Positions 18,663-29,359 of a stretch of DNA of 64,000 bases are shown piece after piece. The stretch comes from a virus. How positions within the stretch are numbered: the stretch's first letter is position 1; each line of letters begins with the position of its first letter. Both the position numbers and the translations under genes were made by a program. The notes beneath the pieces were generated by a model, which saw only the letters and a list, made by a program, of their open reading frames with translations, was not told the DNA's origin and did no database searches. The DNA lies in IMG/VR virus record IMGVR_UViG_3300042691_053485, positions 1 through 64,000 of that record; one strand, written 5' to 3'.

Positions 18663-21600
18663 ATGTCACATATTTATCAGCATTTATTAAAACATAATAT
18701 TCAGAAGGATTTAACATTAGCACTGAAAAAACCTTCTAAAACATTGTATGTTTCTCCAAATGGTAATGACGTTATAGGTAATGGCTCAATCTCAAACCCT
18801 TTTAAAACAATAGGTAAGGGTATTACTGAAGCAAACTTGTTAGCATTTTCAGGTGAAAGTATAACGGTTTGGGTGGAATCGGGGCACTACTTTGAAAATA
18901 CGATTAGCCTTGCTTCAAATGTTTCTATTTTTGGTGAATCACAAGAGGGGGTTATCATTAGCCCAAACGACCCTAATAGTGTTCTTTTTGAGTTGGGAGA
19001 TTTGACATCTATTTCATTTGTTAAGATTATTGATGTCACAGGAAATACTGCGGTTTCGGTCGATAGTGCTGAGGCTTATGCAATTTTACACAAAGTATAT
19101 TTAATAAATAATTTCAGCTCAATAAGGGTAGATTCAACATTAGCAGATTCATTTGTATATCTTGAGTATGTTAGTATTGACGACCCAACATTTGTTGGAA
19201 TCGAGGCATATTCTTCATCAGGAAATACAACCGAATTATCAATTGAAAACACTTATATTTATAATGTTGAAAGCCAAGCTTCATATTGTAATGTTCTTTC
19301 AAATGGAGAGAATGTATTCGTAAGCTTTCACACAGGCTCACTCATCAATCAGTTTAGTGTAGGTTCAGGGTATGGATTTTATAGTGTAAACGGTGGTGAT
19401 TATCGAATACGAAATGTACAAATTGAAGGATTTGAATGGGGGATTTATATGGGTTCTGGCACTTCGCCTGAGCTTGAAGCAGCAACATGTACATTCCGAT
19501 ATAATATCTATAACTTTTATGTGTTTGAACCTTCAACAACTGGAAATTTTTCGGGTTATACCGATTATGATAAATTTTTCATTGATTCAAGTTCTACTTT
19601 TTTTATAACGAATACCGACTCGCAAGTTTTAACTGTTGCAAAAAAAGGTGGAAACTTTACATCAATAAAGGATGCTATTGATAGTATATCCGATAATAGT
19701 GTAACAAAAGTTTACACAATCAAAGTAGGTTCAGGTGTTTTTATTGAGGACACAATCCAAATGAAATCTTACGTCAATGTCGTTGGAGAATCTATAACTT
19801 CCACAATAATTGAAGTTGATTCAACTGCAAAGGATGTTATACTAGCAACAGGTAATTCCGGATTATTCAGGCTACAATTAAGAGGTGCAACTAATTCAGG
19901 AAAGTGTGCAATTATTTTCAATGGGGGCTCGGGGGTTTTTAGATGTAATGAAGTTAGGTTTGGTTCAAACTATTGTTTTTATAAGCAAAACTCTACATCA
20001 GGTAGTGCTGTTTCTATTTTTAATGGATGTTCGGCTGAAGCAACATCCAATTTTACTCAAGCGTTTGAAATTATAAGTAATGGCGCAACTCCTTCCACAT
20101 TTGCATTTAACACTTTTGTTTATACAGGAAATGGAGCGAATTTTTTAAAAGTCTACGGGACTGCGGCTCAAATCAGTGCCGCTAACCTTACAGTAGTGAA
20201 AACTGTTTTATTGGGGTATGGTATCCACGCCTATAATGGTGCAACAGTTAGCTTAAATTCTGTAACTTTGTCGGGATTCAATACTGCGGTATATAATGAA
20301 AATACAGGGGCTGGAATATCAATTTATACTGGAGCATTTTCATTGCGGGCAAATACAATTGACATCCAAATAGACCACCCATCAACCACAGGTTCGATAT
20401 TTGGTTTTTTTACTAAGGATAAAATCAGCGTAAACGCCAATAGTGCTATATCACTACTTATGACAGATATTACCGGGGAGGGTACTGTTTCTTTAGGTGA
20501 CTTATGGATGGGTAATAAATTCTCAGACATTTATAATATCAAGCCTCTGATAGAGGCTCAGACTTTAGGTCTTGTAGAAGGAGGTGAACTGTCAGATGGT
20601 GGAGGATTCATTGTTAATGTTGCATCAGGAGTTGGGTATGTTGAAGACGCATCTGTGCCGCCGGATATTTATAAAAGATTTGATTGGACGGGTGATAGTA
20701 TAGCATTGTCTGCAAATCAAGACGTTTATATCTTTTATAATACAAATGGTATTTTAACATCAAATGCTTCAAGACCCTCAACAATTGCTAACATCATTTT
20801 AGGTCGAGTAGTTACAACAGGGGTTGGAATAAAATATATTGAGCAAGCTAAATTTGATGCGCATCATACAGCAAATAAAATATCAAAGGCAATGAGGAAT
20901 ATCTTCGGGCCGATATTTGCAGATGGTAGTGGTTTGACATATTCTAATTCATCACGACAAATTGAAGTATTAGGAGGACAGTATTATTTAGGTGAGATTG
21001 AAGTGAATTTTAATGGAAAAATCTTCACAGATAATTTTATCCCAATTTACAGAGGTTTAGCTCCTAATACCTGGATAGAAGGGGCAGCAACAAATACCAT
21101 TGATAATACCCTTTACGATGACAATTCAGGTACGCTTGCTTCTGTACCTCTATTAACACCCTTTGTAAAGCATACACTGTTTGTTACAAATGACGGAGTT
21201 AATGATAAATACTATTTGGTAGTTGGCCAAGACGTTTTTGCAACAGAAAATGATGCCGCTACAAGCCCCAATTCGCTTTATCCAACTTGGTTTAGAGAGC
21301 AAACAGTTGTTGTAGCAGGTATCATAACTGATGCAACAACAGGGACTACGGCTTCCGTATATGATTTGCGTCCAAGACCTTCATTTGTACCCGGGGTCGG
21401 AGCCTCTGTTACCTCGCATTCATCATTGTCAGACTTAAGTGCAGATGACCATCCACAATATATTCTAGTTGATGGCACAAGACCTTTTACAGGGAATCTC
21501 GACCTAGGCGGGAATAATCTTACAAATGTTAATCTTGTTGATGGGGTAGATGTCTCAAATCATGCTTCAAGACACTTACCAAATGGGGCAGATGCTTTAA

Positions 21601-22514
21601 CAACTGCTGCCCCGACAACAAACCTGGGTGGAAGTTCAACAAATTCAGTTGGTATTGCGAATAGTTACTCACGTTCCGACCATAGCCATGCTATTGATAT
21701 TGCTTCGTCAGGTCAAACGGGATTATTAAACTCTACAGATTGGAATACTTTTAACTCTAAGGCAAATACATCCGATGTATTTTTGAATGGTCAATTTGAT
21801 TACTCTAAATTGCCATCTTATGAAATTGAAAACTTCGTAGAAAATACAACTGGGTTTGTCATAGGATTCGCTAGTAGTACAGCATCTGGCGGTAGCGTGG
21901 CAAGTGAAGTTCCTGAACAACAATCAAATTGGAATTCAGCATCCGCAATTGCAAGGCTTGGGCAATCAAGTGTTAGGATAACAACAGCGAATAATTCAAG
22001 GGCAGCTATCGCGACAAATGCGAACTATCGATTGTTCACTACTGTAAAATTTATGTTTTCTGCTGAATTAAGCTTTGTTGGCGGTCAAGTCGATTTTACA
22101 AACGACCCCGTTTTACACTGTTGGGGGTTTCTAAATAGTTTTGCCACCGCAACCCCTTCAACTGGAATTTATTTTAGACCTCCACGGACTTCTGAAACTT
22201 CATTTTTGAAGTATGTAATTCTAGTTGCTGGAGCAGAGTCTATCTTTGATACGACAATTCCATACGATAGTACTTCAAGAAGGTTTGTTAAAGGTATGAT
22301 TGATTGGAATGGATTAGACTTAACATTTATTTCAACTGATGGTACAACGACCTCAACAAATACAATATCTAACTTCCTTGTAACATATCCAACATTGGCA
22401 ACTGTTAATTTTTCATTTGGAATCTTAAACGCAAGAAATGGTGTTGGTGCAGTAGCTGTAGCAAGAAATATAAATGTAGACAAAGTAGAAAGATATATCT
22501 CAAATAATTTTTAA
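18663..22514 (+). CDS. Tailspike/tail fibre with duplicated pectin-lyase-like beta-helix modules
   Basis: YVSPNGND..GNGSISNPFKTIGKGI and VAKKGGNFTSIKDAIDSI openings; fibre motifs HSSLSDLSADDHPQY and HASRHLPNGAD; C-terminal lectin-like beta domain. Confidence 0.7.
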   Translation: MSHIYQHLLKHNIQKDLTLALKKPSKTLYVSPNGNDVIGNGSISNPFKTIGKGITEANLLAFSGESITVWVESGHYFENTISLASNVSIFGESQEGVIISPNDPNSVLFELGDLTSISFVKIIDVTGNTAVSVDSAEAYAILHKVYLINNFSSIRVDSTLADSFVYLEYVSIDDPTFVGIEAYSSSGNTTELSIENTYIYNVESQASYCNVLSNGENVFVSFHTGSLINQFSVGSGYGFYSVNGGDYRIRNVQIEGFEWGIYMGSGTSPELEAATCTFRYNIYNFYVFEPSTTGNFSGYTDYDKFFIDSSSTFFITNTDSQVLTVAKKGGNFTSIKDAIDSISDNSVTKVYTIKVGSGVFIEDTIQMKSYVNVVGESITSTIIEVDSTAKDVILATGNSGLFRLQLRGATNSGKCAIIFNGGSGVFRCNEVRFGSNYCFYKQNSTSGSAVSIFNGCSAEATSNFTQAFEIISNGATPSTFAFNTFVYTGNGANFLKVYGTAAQISAANLTVVKTVLLGYGIHAYNGATVSLNSVTLSGFNTAVYNENTGAGISIYTGAFSLRANTIDIQIDHPSTTGSIFGFFTKDKISVNANSAISLLMTDITGEGTVSLGDLWMGNKFSDIYNIKPLIEAQTLGLVEGGELSDGGGFIVNVASGVGYVEDASVPPDIYKRFDWTGDSIALSANQDVYIFYNTNGILTSNASRPSTIANIILGRVVTTGVGIKYIEQAKFDAHHTANKISKAMRNIFGPIFADGSGLTYSNSSRQIEVLGGQYYLGEIEVNFNGKIFTDNFIPIYRGLAPNTWIEGAATNTIDNTLYDDNSGTLASVPLLTPFVKHTLFVTNDGVNDKYYLVVGQDVFATENDAATSPNSLYPTWFREQTVVVAGIITDATTGTTASVYDLRPRPSFVPGVGASVTSHSSLSDLSADDHPQYILVDGTRPFTGNLDLGGNNLTNVNLVDGVDVSNHASRHLPNGADALTTAAPTTNLGGSSTNSVGIANSYSRSDHSHAIDIASSGQTGLLNSTDWNTFNSKANTSDVFLNGQFDYSKLPSYEIENFVENTTGFVIGFASSTASGGSVASEVPEQQSNWNSASAIARLGQSSVRITTANNSRAAIATNANYRLFTTVKFMFSAELSFVGGQVDFTNDPVLHCWGFLNSFATATPSTGIYFRPPRTSETSFLKYVILVAGAESIFDTTIPYDSTSRRFVKGMIDWNGLDLTFISTDGTTTSTNTISNFLVTYPTLATVNFSFGILNARNGVGAVAVARNINVDKVERYISNNF

Positions 22515-22515
22515 A

Positions 22516-23115
22516 ATGTTTAATTACGTAGCTGTAAAACTAGAAAATGGAAAGGTAATCAAGTATGAATTAACAAATAGTGTTAGTGTCCCATCAGGAT
22601 TTGATGCTATTTGGGCTCTTTCAGATTGGAATATCTACATTTTAGCGTATAATGTTTCTCAAAATATTCAAAATGGGGTTGAATTACCATTAAGAATTGC
22701 ATCTGCTGTTGGTGATAGATATATTTGTACTTCATTTGCAAGCTCAAATAGTTCAGTATCCTATGATTCATCCTATGCTTTTGATGGAAATATAGGAACA
22801 AGACACTATTCAGTAGAAAACCAAGCACAAAATCATGTTTGCGGTATTTTAACTTCACAAGAAACTTTGATAACCTCAGTTAGATATGAAGGAGAATACC
22901 CATCAACTGTATTTAAAATAGAATACAGTAGTGATTCAACAACTGGATTTGATGGCACGTGGAATGATATTGGCAACTATGATATTAACACCGTAACACT
23001 TGACATGTCAGGGATGAATATAACCTGCACTGGTTTAAGATTTACATGGATATCACCAACTAGTTCACAATGGGCAAATGTTAGAGATTTAATAATTTAC
23101 GGAAAACAGATATAA
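22516..23115 (+). CDS. Discoidin (F5/8 type C)-like domain protein
   Basis: YAFDGNIGT, FKIEYSSDS....W, LRFTW, VRDLIIYG. Confidence 0.6.
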   Translation: MFNYVAVKLENGKVIKYELTNSVSVPSGFDAIWALSDWNIYILAYNVSQNIQNGVELPLRIASAVGDRYICTSFASSNSSVSYDSSYAFDGNIGTRHYSVENQAQNHVCGILTSQETLITSVRYEGEYPSTVFKIEYSSDSTTGFDGTWNDIGNYDINTVTLDMSGMNITCTGLRFTWISPTSSQWANVRDLIIYGKQI

Positions 23116-23116
23116 T

Positions 23117-24049
23117 ATGTTAAAATGTTACGACTTAAAGGTTTATCCATTTTTAAAAAATGAGATAGATAATGAAATACAAGTTTTAAAGGCTGTTGGC
23201 TTTTCTGATTCAAAGATTGATGAGTCAGTGTACGAACTTGCTTCAAACAAGGATTTTACAATAATCGGGTTATATCAAAAGGCTCCAAGGTATGTTTCGG
23301 GTATTGAAGTTTATCAAGAATTCTATTGTGGATTTTCACCGAAAAAGCAATATGTTGGACTTGCAGTTAGAGAAGAATTCCAAGATATCACTTCCCCTAG
23401 AGAGTTCAATATCCCCATACAAGGTGTTGGCTCAAATCAGCTTTATATAGGAGGAGATTTCACATCTGAAGTTGAAGTTGCACAAACTCATTATATTCTC
23501 GATACAAGTAACAGTTACACTATATTAGCAGCATTAACCGTTAATGGTGTGGTTTTTAACCCCCAGATGGGGGTAACAATTGTAAATTATAATCCAAATT
23601 CTCTAACAGGAATTGTGCAGGGTGACATTTTATATTTTCAAAAGGGTAACAGATTAACTGGATTAGACTCGAAAATTAAATGGTATGATAAAAATGGTAC
23701 AGTCGTAAAAGAGAAGACCTATAAGCGAAGATTTGAAGCTGCGGAGGCATCGGAATATGAGTATGCAAGACGTGTAAGAACGGTTAATCAAATGATTGCA
23801 TCAGCTGACGGCACGGCAATTCAACCAATGGTCAAAACAATCTATGAACATTATGTAAATCCATATATCAATAACTATGTTGCAATAGGTGATGCAAAAG
23901 CATGGAAGAATGCTATTGACAGTGAAGTTAATTCACAAATAAATGCTTATTTGAATATCCAAATACCATTTGTTGATATTGACGGAAATACAACCATTAA
24001 ATCGATAAGGAATTGGATTAAAGACGAATTATATAATGGATACAAATAA
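23117..24049 (+). CDS. Hypothetical protein (tail-associated operon)
   Basis: 310-aa ORF tightly coupled to neighbours. Confidence 0.7.
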   Translation: MLKCYDLKVYPFLKNEIDNEIQVLKAVGFSDSKIDESVYELASNKDFTIIGLYQKAPRYVSGIEVYQEFYCGFSPKKQYVGLAVREEFQDITSPREFNIPIQGVGSNQLYIGGDFTSEVEVAQTHYILDTSNSYTILAALTVNGVVFNPQMGVTIVNYNPNSLTGIVQGDILYFQKGNRLTGLDSKIKWYDKNGTVVKEKTYKRRFEAAEASEYEYARRVRTVNQMIASADGTAIQPMVKTIYEHYVNPYINNYVAIGDAKAWKNAIDSEVNSQINAYLNIQIPFVDIDGNTTIKSIRNWIKDELYNGYK

Positions 24050-25019
24050 AAAAAGGATTTTAAGTGTAACAGGTGGCTCAACAAAGTTTATACAACTTGT
24101 AGTTGGGATGCTAAAAATATACTCGACAGGCTATAAGCCAACAGATATAATTGGGATATCTGCATCATCAATTGCAGCTCTTCCTTTAGTACTTGGTTTA
24201 CATAAAGAGATGATTGAGGAGGGGCTTGATGTATCACTTAGTGATATTTTTACTCAGCCTCCAGTTAACGAAAAGGGGAAAATGTCATTATGGGCAGTTG
24301 TTAGAGCAATATTGAGCTATCTTCCAATAAAGGCATTTAAACACATTCATTCGTTTGGTCATCAAGATATAAGACCTCTTTTAACCAAATATATTACAGA
24401 AGAAATGTTCATCAAATATAAAAATAATGAATCGCTTCCAAATATTCATGTCGTTGGAGTATTACCGAGGTCTGGTAATCCGATAGTCATTAATCTAAAA
24501 AACTGCAATTGGAAAGAAGCCCTTGATGCAATTTCTCTATCATCACACATTCAATTAGCCGCACAAGCCGTAAAATTTAATGGCAGTTATTGGGAGTCAA
24601 AAAATAACAAAAGGGATGATGATAACGCATGGGCAATTGATGGGGGCATGTTTTGCACAGCAGGCGCAGGTGGGTATTTGATTGAAGAGGGATATTTCGA
24701 CAAAAATGAAATTGAGTCAATGGTTTCGCTATATTCCTGGGACAACCCTTTTAAGCTACCATATTCCGATGCGTGGAAAGATAATATTTTTAACAATAAC
24801 ATAAGACTGATTGACACCTTGGGGGCAGCAATACGATATTATTCTATTAAACATGAAGAGTTGCTTTGTAAAGAGAGCAATATAAAGCATTTACAATTAT
24901 ATGTGCCGAATGTGCTGCCGCTCCTATATACTGTTGATAGAAAACTCCTTGAAACTGCAAAAGAAAAAACTGAACTATATATAGACTCGCAAATACTGAA
25001 CTCGTCGTTCTTTAAGTGA
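24036..25019 (+). CDS. Patatin-like phospholipase
   Basis: LSVTGGSTK glycine-rich loop, GISAS nucleophile elbow, IDGG catalytic Asp. Confidence 0.8.
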   Translation: MDTNKKRILSVTGGSTKFIQLVVGMLKIYSTGYKPTDIIGISASSIAALPLVLGLHKEMIEEGLDVSLSDIFTQPPVNEKGKMSLWAVVRAILSYLPIKAFKHIHSFGHQDIRPLLTKYITEEMFIKYKNNESLPNIHVVGVLPRSGNPIVINLKNCNWKEALDAISLSSHIQLAAQAVKFNGSYWESKNNKRDDDNAWAIDGGMFCTAGAGGYLIEEGYFDKNEIESMVSLYSWDNPFKLPYSDAWKDNIFNNNIRLIDTLGAAIRYYSIKHEELLCKESNIKHLQLYVPNVLPLLYTVDRKLLETAKEKTELYIDSQILNSSFFK

Positions 25020-25129
25020 GACATCACAATATTTTTGAGTCCTAAACAATTTATTATAAAGAAAAGTCAAAAGTATATGCTATTGCTTAAATATTTTAAT
25101 ATTTTAGGCTATTTATATAGAAAGTTGTA

Positions 25130-26134
25130 ATGCGTATTCTTGTTAGTGAACAGGTAGGTAAAAAGGTTATCCTCCAAAAAATTTTCGAAGATGTTAATTT
25201 ATCATCTTTTAAAATGCAAGATGAGCTTTGCCCTGATATTTTTGGTGCAGGTGATAGAATGTTGCCTGAAGTCAGAAAGAAATTACTGAAAATAGGGAAA
25301 GATTTCTATGAATTTTGTGCAATCGATTGGGTTGATTTAGAAGATATTATTCTTACAGGCTCTCTTGCGAATTATAATTGGTCAAAATTTTCAGATGTTG
25401 ATTTACATATCGTTATTCCATATAAACAAATTTCTCAAAATCAAGACCTTGTCGAGGAATTTACTTGGTCGAAAAAAGAGCTTTGGAATACTGAGCATGA
25501 TATTAAAATAAACGATTATCCCGTTGAATTATACGCTCAAGATTCTGAAGAGGAATTAGTCGCAGGTGGTATATACTCGGTACTTTATGATAAATGGATA
25601 AAAAAGCCTGAAAGGGTCGATATTAGTTTAAACCAAGGATTAATTTCCAAATATGTTGATTTTTTTGATGGTAAAATCGCAGACTTGCTACGAAAATTTA
25701 CAATGGGAAACCTTTATGGGCTTGAAGATGATATAAATGCAATTAAAGCGCAGATTGCAGCATTAAGAAAGAAGGGATTGAATGGAGCAGGAGAGTTTTC
25801 AGCAGAAAATATTGCATTTAAGGCGTTACGTCGAATGGGATTTCTTGATAAATTAGACTTGATGAAATCTGAAATATATGATTCAGAGATGTCTGTTGGG
25901 ACAAGTGAAGATGATTTACCAAAGCCGAAAAAGCAAGCTGTTGAACCTGAAAAAGAAGGTGATGAAGATAAGTCAATACGTCCTGGACTTGGTAAGTATA
26001 TGATTTTAGGTCGAAGATTTAACTCACTTAGGCAGGCAGAGAAAGTGCTTGGAATACCGAAATCAACAATTGAGTACAGGTTAAAATCTGATGCTCCTGA
26101 ATTTTCACAATATCGAGAACTAGATTTATATTAA
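25130..26134 (+). CDS. DNA polymerase beta superfamily nucleotidyltransferase with C-terminal NUMOD1-like HTH
   Basis: ILTGSLANYNWSKFSDVDLHI (GS + DxD); tail FNSLRQAEKVLGIPKSTIEYRL; leader MRILVSE. Confidence 0.8.
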   Translation: MRILVSEQVGKKVILQKIFEDVNLSSFKMQDELCPDIFGAGDRMLPEVRKKLLKIGKDFYEFCAIDWVDLEDIILTGSLANYNWSKFSDVDLHIVIPYKQISQNQDLVEEFTWSKKELWNTEHDIKINDYPVELYAQDSEEELVAGGIYSVLYDKWIKKPERVDISLNQGLISKYVDFFDGKIADLLRKFTMGNLYGLEDDINAIKAQIAALRKKGLNGAGEFSAENIAFKALRRMGFLDKLDLMKSEIYDSEMSVGTSEDDLPKPKKQAVEPEKEGDEDKSIRPGLGKYMILGRRFNSLRQAEKVLGIPKSTIEYRLKSDAPEFSQYRELDLY

Positions 26135-26139
26135 TAAAA

Positions 26140-26526
26140 ATGGAAGGAAAAACTTGGGATATTTATGGCGGAACTCCGCCTGTGCCGTGCTGCACAGTTA
26201 CAAATGGTGGAGGTGGAACATCAGGGGACACTATTTTGTATTCATTGTTAGACACAATCATAAATGAAATTACAGATGGTGTTAACCAAACTATAATAAC
26301 AGGAACTACCGTTGGGTCAATTCCATCGGGGGTCTATAATTATAAAATTTATAACCTCGGTGTAGACCCATCTGACCCAATGAGTGCGGTTAATCCAATG
26401 ATAATTAATGGTATACCTGTGGTAAGTAAGGTTTTTGAATTCGGCACAAATAGTAACAAGCCTATTACAAATACAACATCATACGACCCTAATGGAAATA
26501 CTCTTTTGATAGTTTATACAACCTAA
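26140..26526 (+). CDS. Hypothetical protein
   Basis: 128-aa ORF in operon. Confidence 0.6.
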   Translation: MEGKTWDIYGGTPPVPCCTVTNGGGGTSGDTILYSLLDTIINEITDGVNQTIITGTTVGSIPSGVYNYKIYNLGVDPSDPMSAVNPMIINGIPVVSKVFEFGTNSNKPITNTTSYDPNGNTLLIVYTT

Positions 26527-26951
26527 TGAGCTGTAATCGTCAACCCGAAATCACTGAAAATATTATCTGTGCCAAAGTGTGTTACATTAAATTTAATGAT
26601 GAACCCTTTGCTAGACTATCTTTTGAAGATTTTAAATTGACGAACATTTCAGAGTTTTTTGATTCTCAAACGAATCTTCGAAAAGCTCGTTGGAAATTAT
26701 ATATTGGCACACAGTTATTGTATACTTTCGGATGGGGGAATTTAACAGATGTCATACCTGAACTTTCAAACGGTTCGACTTATAATGAACTTGTTTTGGG
26801 GTTAAATAATTCAGATATAATTGCCTTCATTTCATCGTTTCCCTCCACAATAATTCCTTTGGGGATGAAATTCTCTATTTCTTTAGAAGTTAAAGATTCA
26901 ATGGGGATACAAAACTTAAACAATTCAAACAAATATTTTTTTACAACATAA
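26526..26951 (+). CDS. Hypothetical protein
   Basis: 141-aa ORF, start/stop overlap on both sides. Confidence 0.65.
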   Translation: MSCNRQPEITENIICAKVCYIKFNDEPFARLSFEDFKLTNISEFFDSQTNLRKARWKLYIGTQLLYTFGWGNLTDVIPELSNGSTYNELVLGLNNSDIIAFISSFPSTIIPLGMKFSISLEVKDSMGIQNLNNSNKYFFTT

Positions 26952-28501
26952 TGGAAACAAGAAAAGACAAATTAAATAAGGTAAGCCACTTAATGGAAAC
27001 AATGAGTGTTTCAGAGAAGAAAGACCAATTTTCTAATATAGAATTGGTTTTCCCTGCTTACGATGGAAATATTTACGGTGTAATTAAGGAAAATTCAAAG
27101 TACATAATCAAAAAAGCAACAAACCGGAACGCAAACTCTGTTGAAGATTTTGATTATATTGATGGGGTTCAGAATAAATCCAAATATAGTAAAACTACTA
27201 TTACAGAAGCTCAAAAGACCCTCAATCTCTGGAATATTGAATTCGGAAGAGTTTACGGAACGCTCAATGAAGCAAAGCATGTATTAAAAGTACCTGCTCC
27301 CGAAAAAAAAAATTCTGAACCTCTCCCGGGATTAGATTCAACTGATGATTTAGGTCTCTCCGATGATTCAACAGATTCATTGGAGGGATTGCCTGTTTCC
27401 GGAGATGAGGATTTGAATGACGATGGGGAATTGCCAGGATTGGAAGATTCTGAAGCTTCATCTGAAAACCCTGATGACTATGCAGATGTTGACCCTGATG
27501 ACTTAGATACAGAAGACCCTAAGAAAATGATTCAAAAGTTGGCGGGTAAGCTAGCATACGAACTTAGAGAGTATGATGATGAGGATTATAGTGACACCGC
27601 AAAATTTGCGATGTCGATGGCAATTTCTGCGTTAAAATCCGATAAAATGTCAGATGAAGATAAAAATTCCATTGAAAACAAATTTGATACAAAGTTTGAT
27701 GCTGAAAGTGATGAAAATCTAGGATTGGAAGTTGAGCCTGAATCGGATTCTTCAGAAGTTGAAGATTCACAAGGCATTGAAATTTCAGATGAAGATTCTG
27801 AAACTTCCAAGGATGTAGAAGTTGAAGAGGATTTTGTAAATGAAGTTATCGGAAATGAACCTGAAGACTACATTAGAGATTTTCAAAAATCAAAAGCCCC
27901 TCAATTCCAAGGAAAAAGCAAGGAGAAAAAACGTCAAATGGCGTTAGCTGCATATTATCAGAATGAGTCGATGACGCTCAGAAAAAAAGATTTAGTAAAG
28001 CTCCTATCAGAGAATGAAGACCCATTACGCCGTTGGGCGTTCAAAGTAGCTTCCGATTTTAATTCCGGGCGAATTACAAATACTCCACATCTTTTATCTA
28101 TTATCGAGAATAATATCGAATCTCACGGTATCGATGTAAATCTGAATCAATTGAGAAGAAAGTTTGAATCTTTAATACACGGTAGTAAGATAAGTGGTCA
28201 AATAATTCTTACATTAGTCGATAGTGCATTGAACCAAGAATTTACTGATATTGACGAGGATTTCTACTTTGAAGAGAATGAGCCTGAAAACATTCTATTT
28301 GACGATGAAAATGAATTTAATCCTTATGAAGTTGATGATGAAGATTTGTTGTTTGATATGGATGAGGAGGTTTACTCTCAAAGAAATAAAACCCCGAAAG
28401 TAGGCAAGTTTTCACAGTATTATCCAGGGGTTGGAAATATTGGTCGCTATGATGGAGATGATAGTGCAGTGGATGAAACAGAAGATTTTTATTTTGAATA
28501 A
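26951..28501 (+). CDS. Acidic hypothetical protein, putative prohead core/internal protein
   Basis: 516 aa, D/E-rich, LNE/VNE/LSE motifs, upstream of the head module. Confidence 0.7.
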   Translation: METRKDKLNKVSHLMETMSVSEKKDQFSNIELVFPAYDGNIYGVIKENSKYIIKKATNRNANSVEDFDYIDGVQNKSKYSKTTITEAQKTLNLWNIEFGRVYGTLNEAKHVLKVPAPEKKNSEPLPGLDSTDDLGLSDDSTDSLEGLPVSGDEDLNDDGELPGLEDSEASSENPDDYADVDPDDLDTEDPKKMIQKLAGKLAYELREYDDEDYSDTAKFAMSMAISALKSDKMSDEDKNSIENKFDTKFDAESDENLGLEVEPESDSSEVEDSQGIEISDEDSETSKDVEVEEDFVNEVIGNEPEDYIRDFQKSKAPQFQGKSKEKKRQMALAAYYQNESMTLRKKDLVKLLSENEDPLRRWAFKVASDFNSGRITNTPHLLSIIENNIESHGIDVNLNQLRRKFESLIHGSKISGQIILTLVDSALNQEFTDIDEDFYFEENEPENILFDDENEFNPYEVDDEDLLFDMDEEVYSQRNKTPKVGKFSQYYPGVGNIGRYDGDDSAVDETEDFYFE

Positions 28502-28504
28502 CAA

Positions 28505-28891
28505 ATGAAGCTAATATTTATAAACGAAATTGGTTCGAATTTCAAGGGGACATTTATCTATGAATTTCTTTTCTCAAAATTTAACATTGATGAAGTCGAA
28601 GGGGAAGATTGGGATAGTGTTCCTTGTAATAATCAACCTAAGCCACCTGTGGAATATGTGGATTTAGCATTGAGTGTCATGCTAGATTCGAAAATTGAAT
28701 TAATTCAAAAGAGTCCATATTTTTCAATGGAAGATTGCCAGCAGGGGATAATTGCCCTAGGTTGGGAGATTGATTCAGATGAATATACTTATGACAATCG
28801 TTTGATATTTAGATATGGTGAGGATTTACAAAAAATACAAGATAAACTCTATATAAGGGATAAAACTTTCGAAAAAACCTATGAAAAATAA
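28505..28891 (+). CDS. Conserved phage hypothetical protein
   Basis: 128 aa, YEFLFS...IIALGWE. Confidence 0.7.
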   Translation: MKLIFINEIGSNFKGTFIYEFLFSKFNIDEVEGEDWDSVPCNNQPKPPVEYVDLALSVMLDSKIELIQKSPYFSMEDCQQGIIALGWEIDSDEYTYDNRLIFRYGEDLQKIQDKLYIRDKTFEKTYEK

Positions 28892-29294
28892 TTTATTAAT
28901 CAAAGAAGGAGTACGAAAAATGCTTCTTGGTGAAGAAAAGAAAAAATCGCAAAAGGATGCAGATATTGAATGTGACGAATTAATATCTGACATTCGAAAA
29001 AAGCTTATGGGACTCAGTTCAAAGTTGGCAGAGATGGGTCTTGCTAAAGACTCCAAACCTTCAAAACAAATTAAAAGAATGTATCAACTCTTAGCTGATT
29101 TTGACCCCGTCGAAGTAAAATTGAAAGAATTTTTCACCCCGAATCCTGACACTCAATCAACCGCAAATCAAATGTTTGGGGAAAGTGGTACTGTTAAAAT
29201 TGACGCTGAAGCTGATAGATTAGACCAAAAAAAGGCGATGGACTTGGCGAACGAATATGAAAAAGATATAGAATTATTAAACAAAGAAAAGTAA
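28881..29294 (+). CDS. Hypothetical protein
   Basis: 137 aa, leader MKNNLLIKE. Confidence 0.65.
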   Translation: MKNNLLIKEGVRKMLLGEEKKKSQKDADIECDELISDIRKKLMGLSSKLAEMGLAKDSKPSKQIKRMYQLLADFDPVEVKLKEFFTPNPDTQSTANQMFGESGTVKIDAEADRLDQKKAMDLANEYEKDIELLNKEK

Positions 29295-29295
29295 C

Positions 29296-29324
29296 AAAAA
29301 AGGCTTCAATTGAAGCCTTTTTTT
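29296..29324 (+). terminator. Intrinsic terminator
   Basis: Palindrome AAGGCTTCAATTGAAGCCTT plus T run. Confidence 0.8.
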
Positions 29325-29359
29325 ATTTCAGATATTTATAAGGGAAAAATTATCTATTT

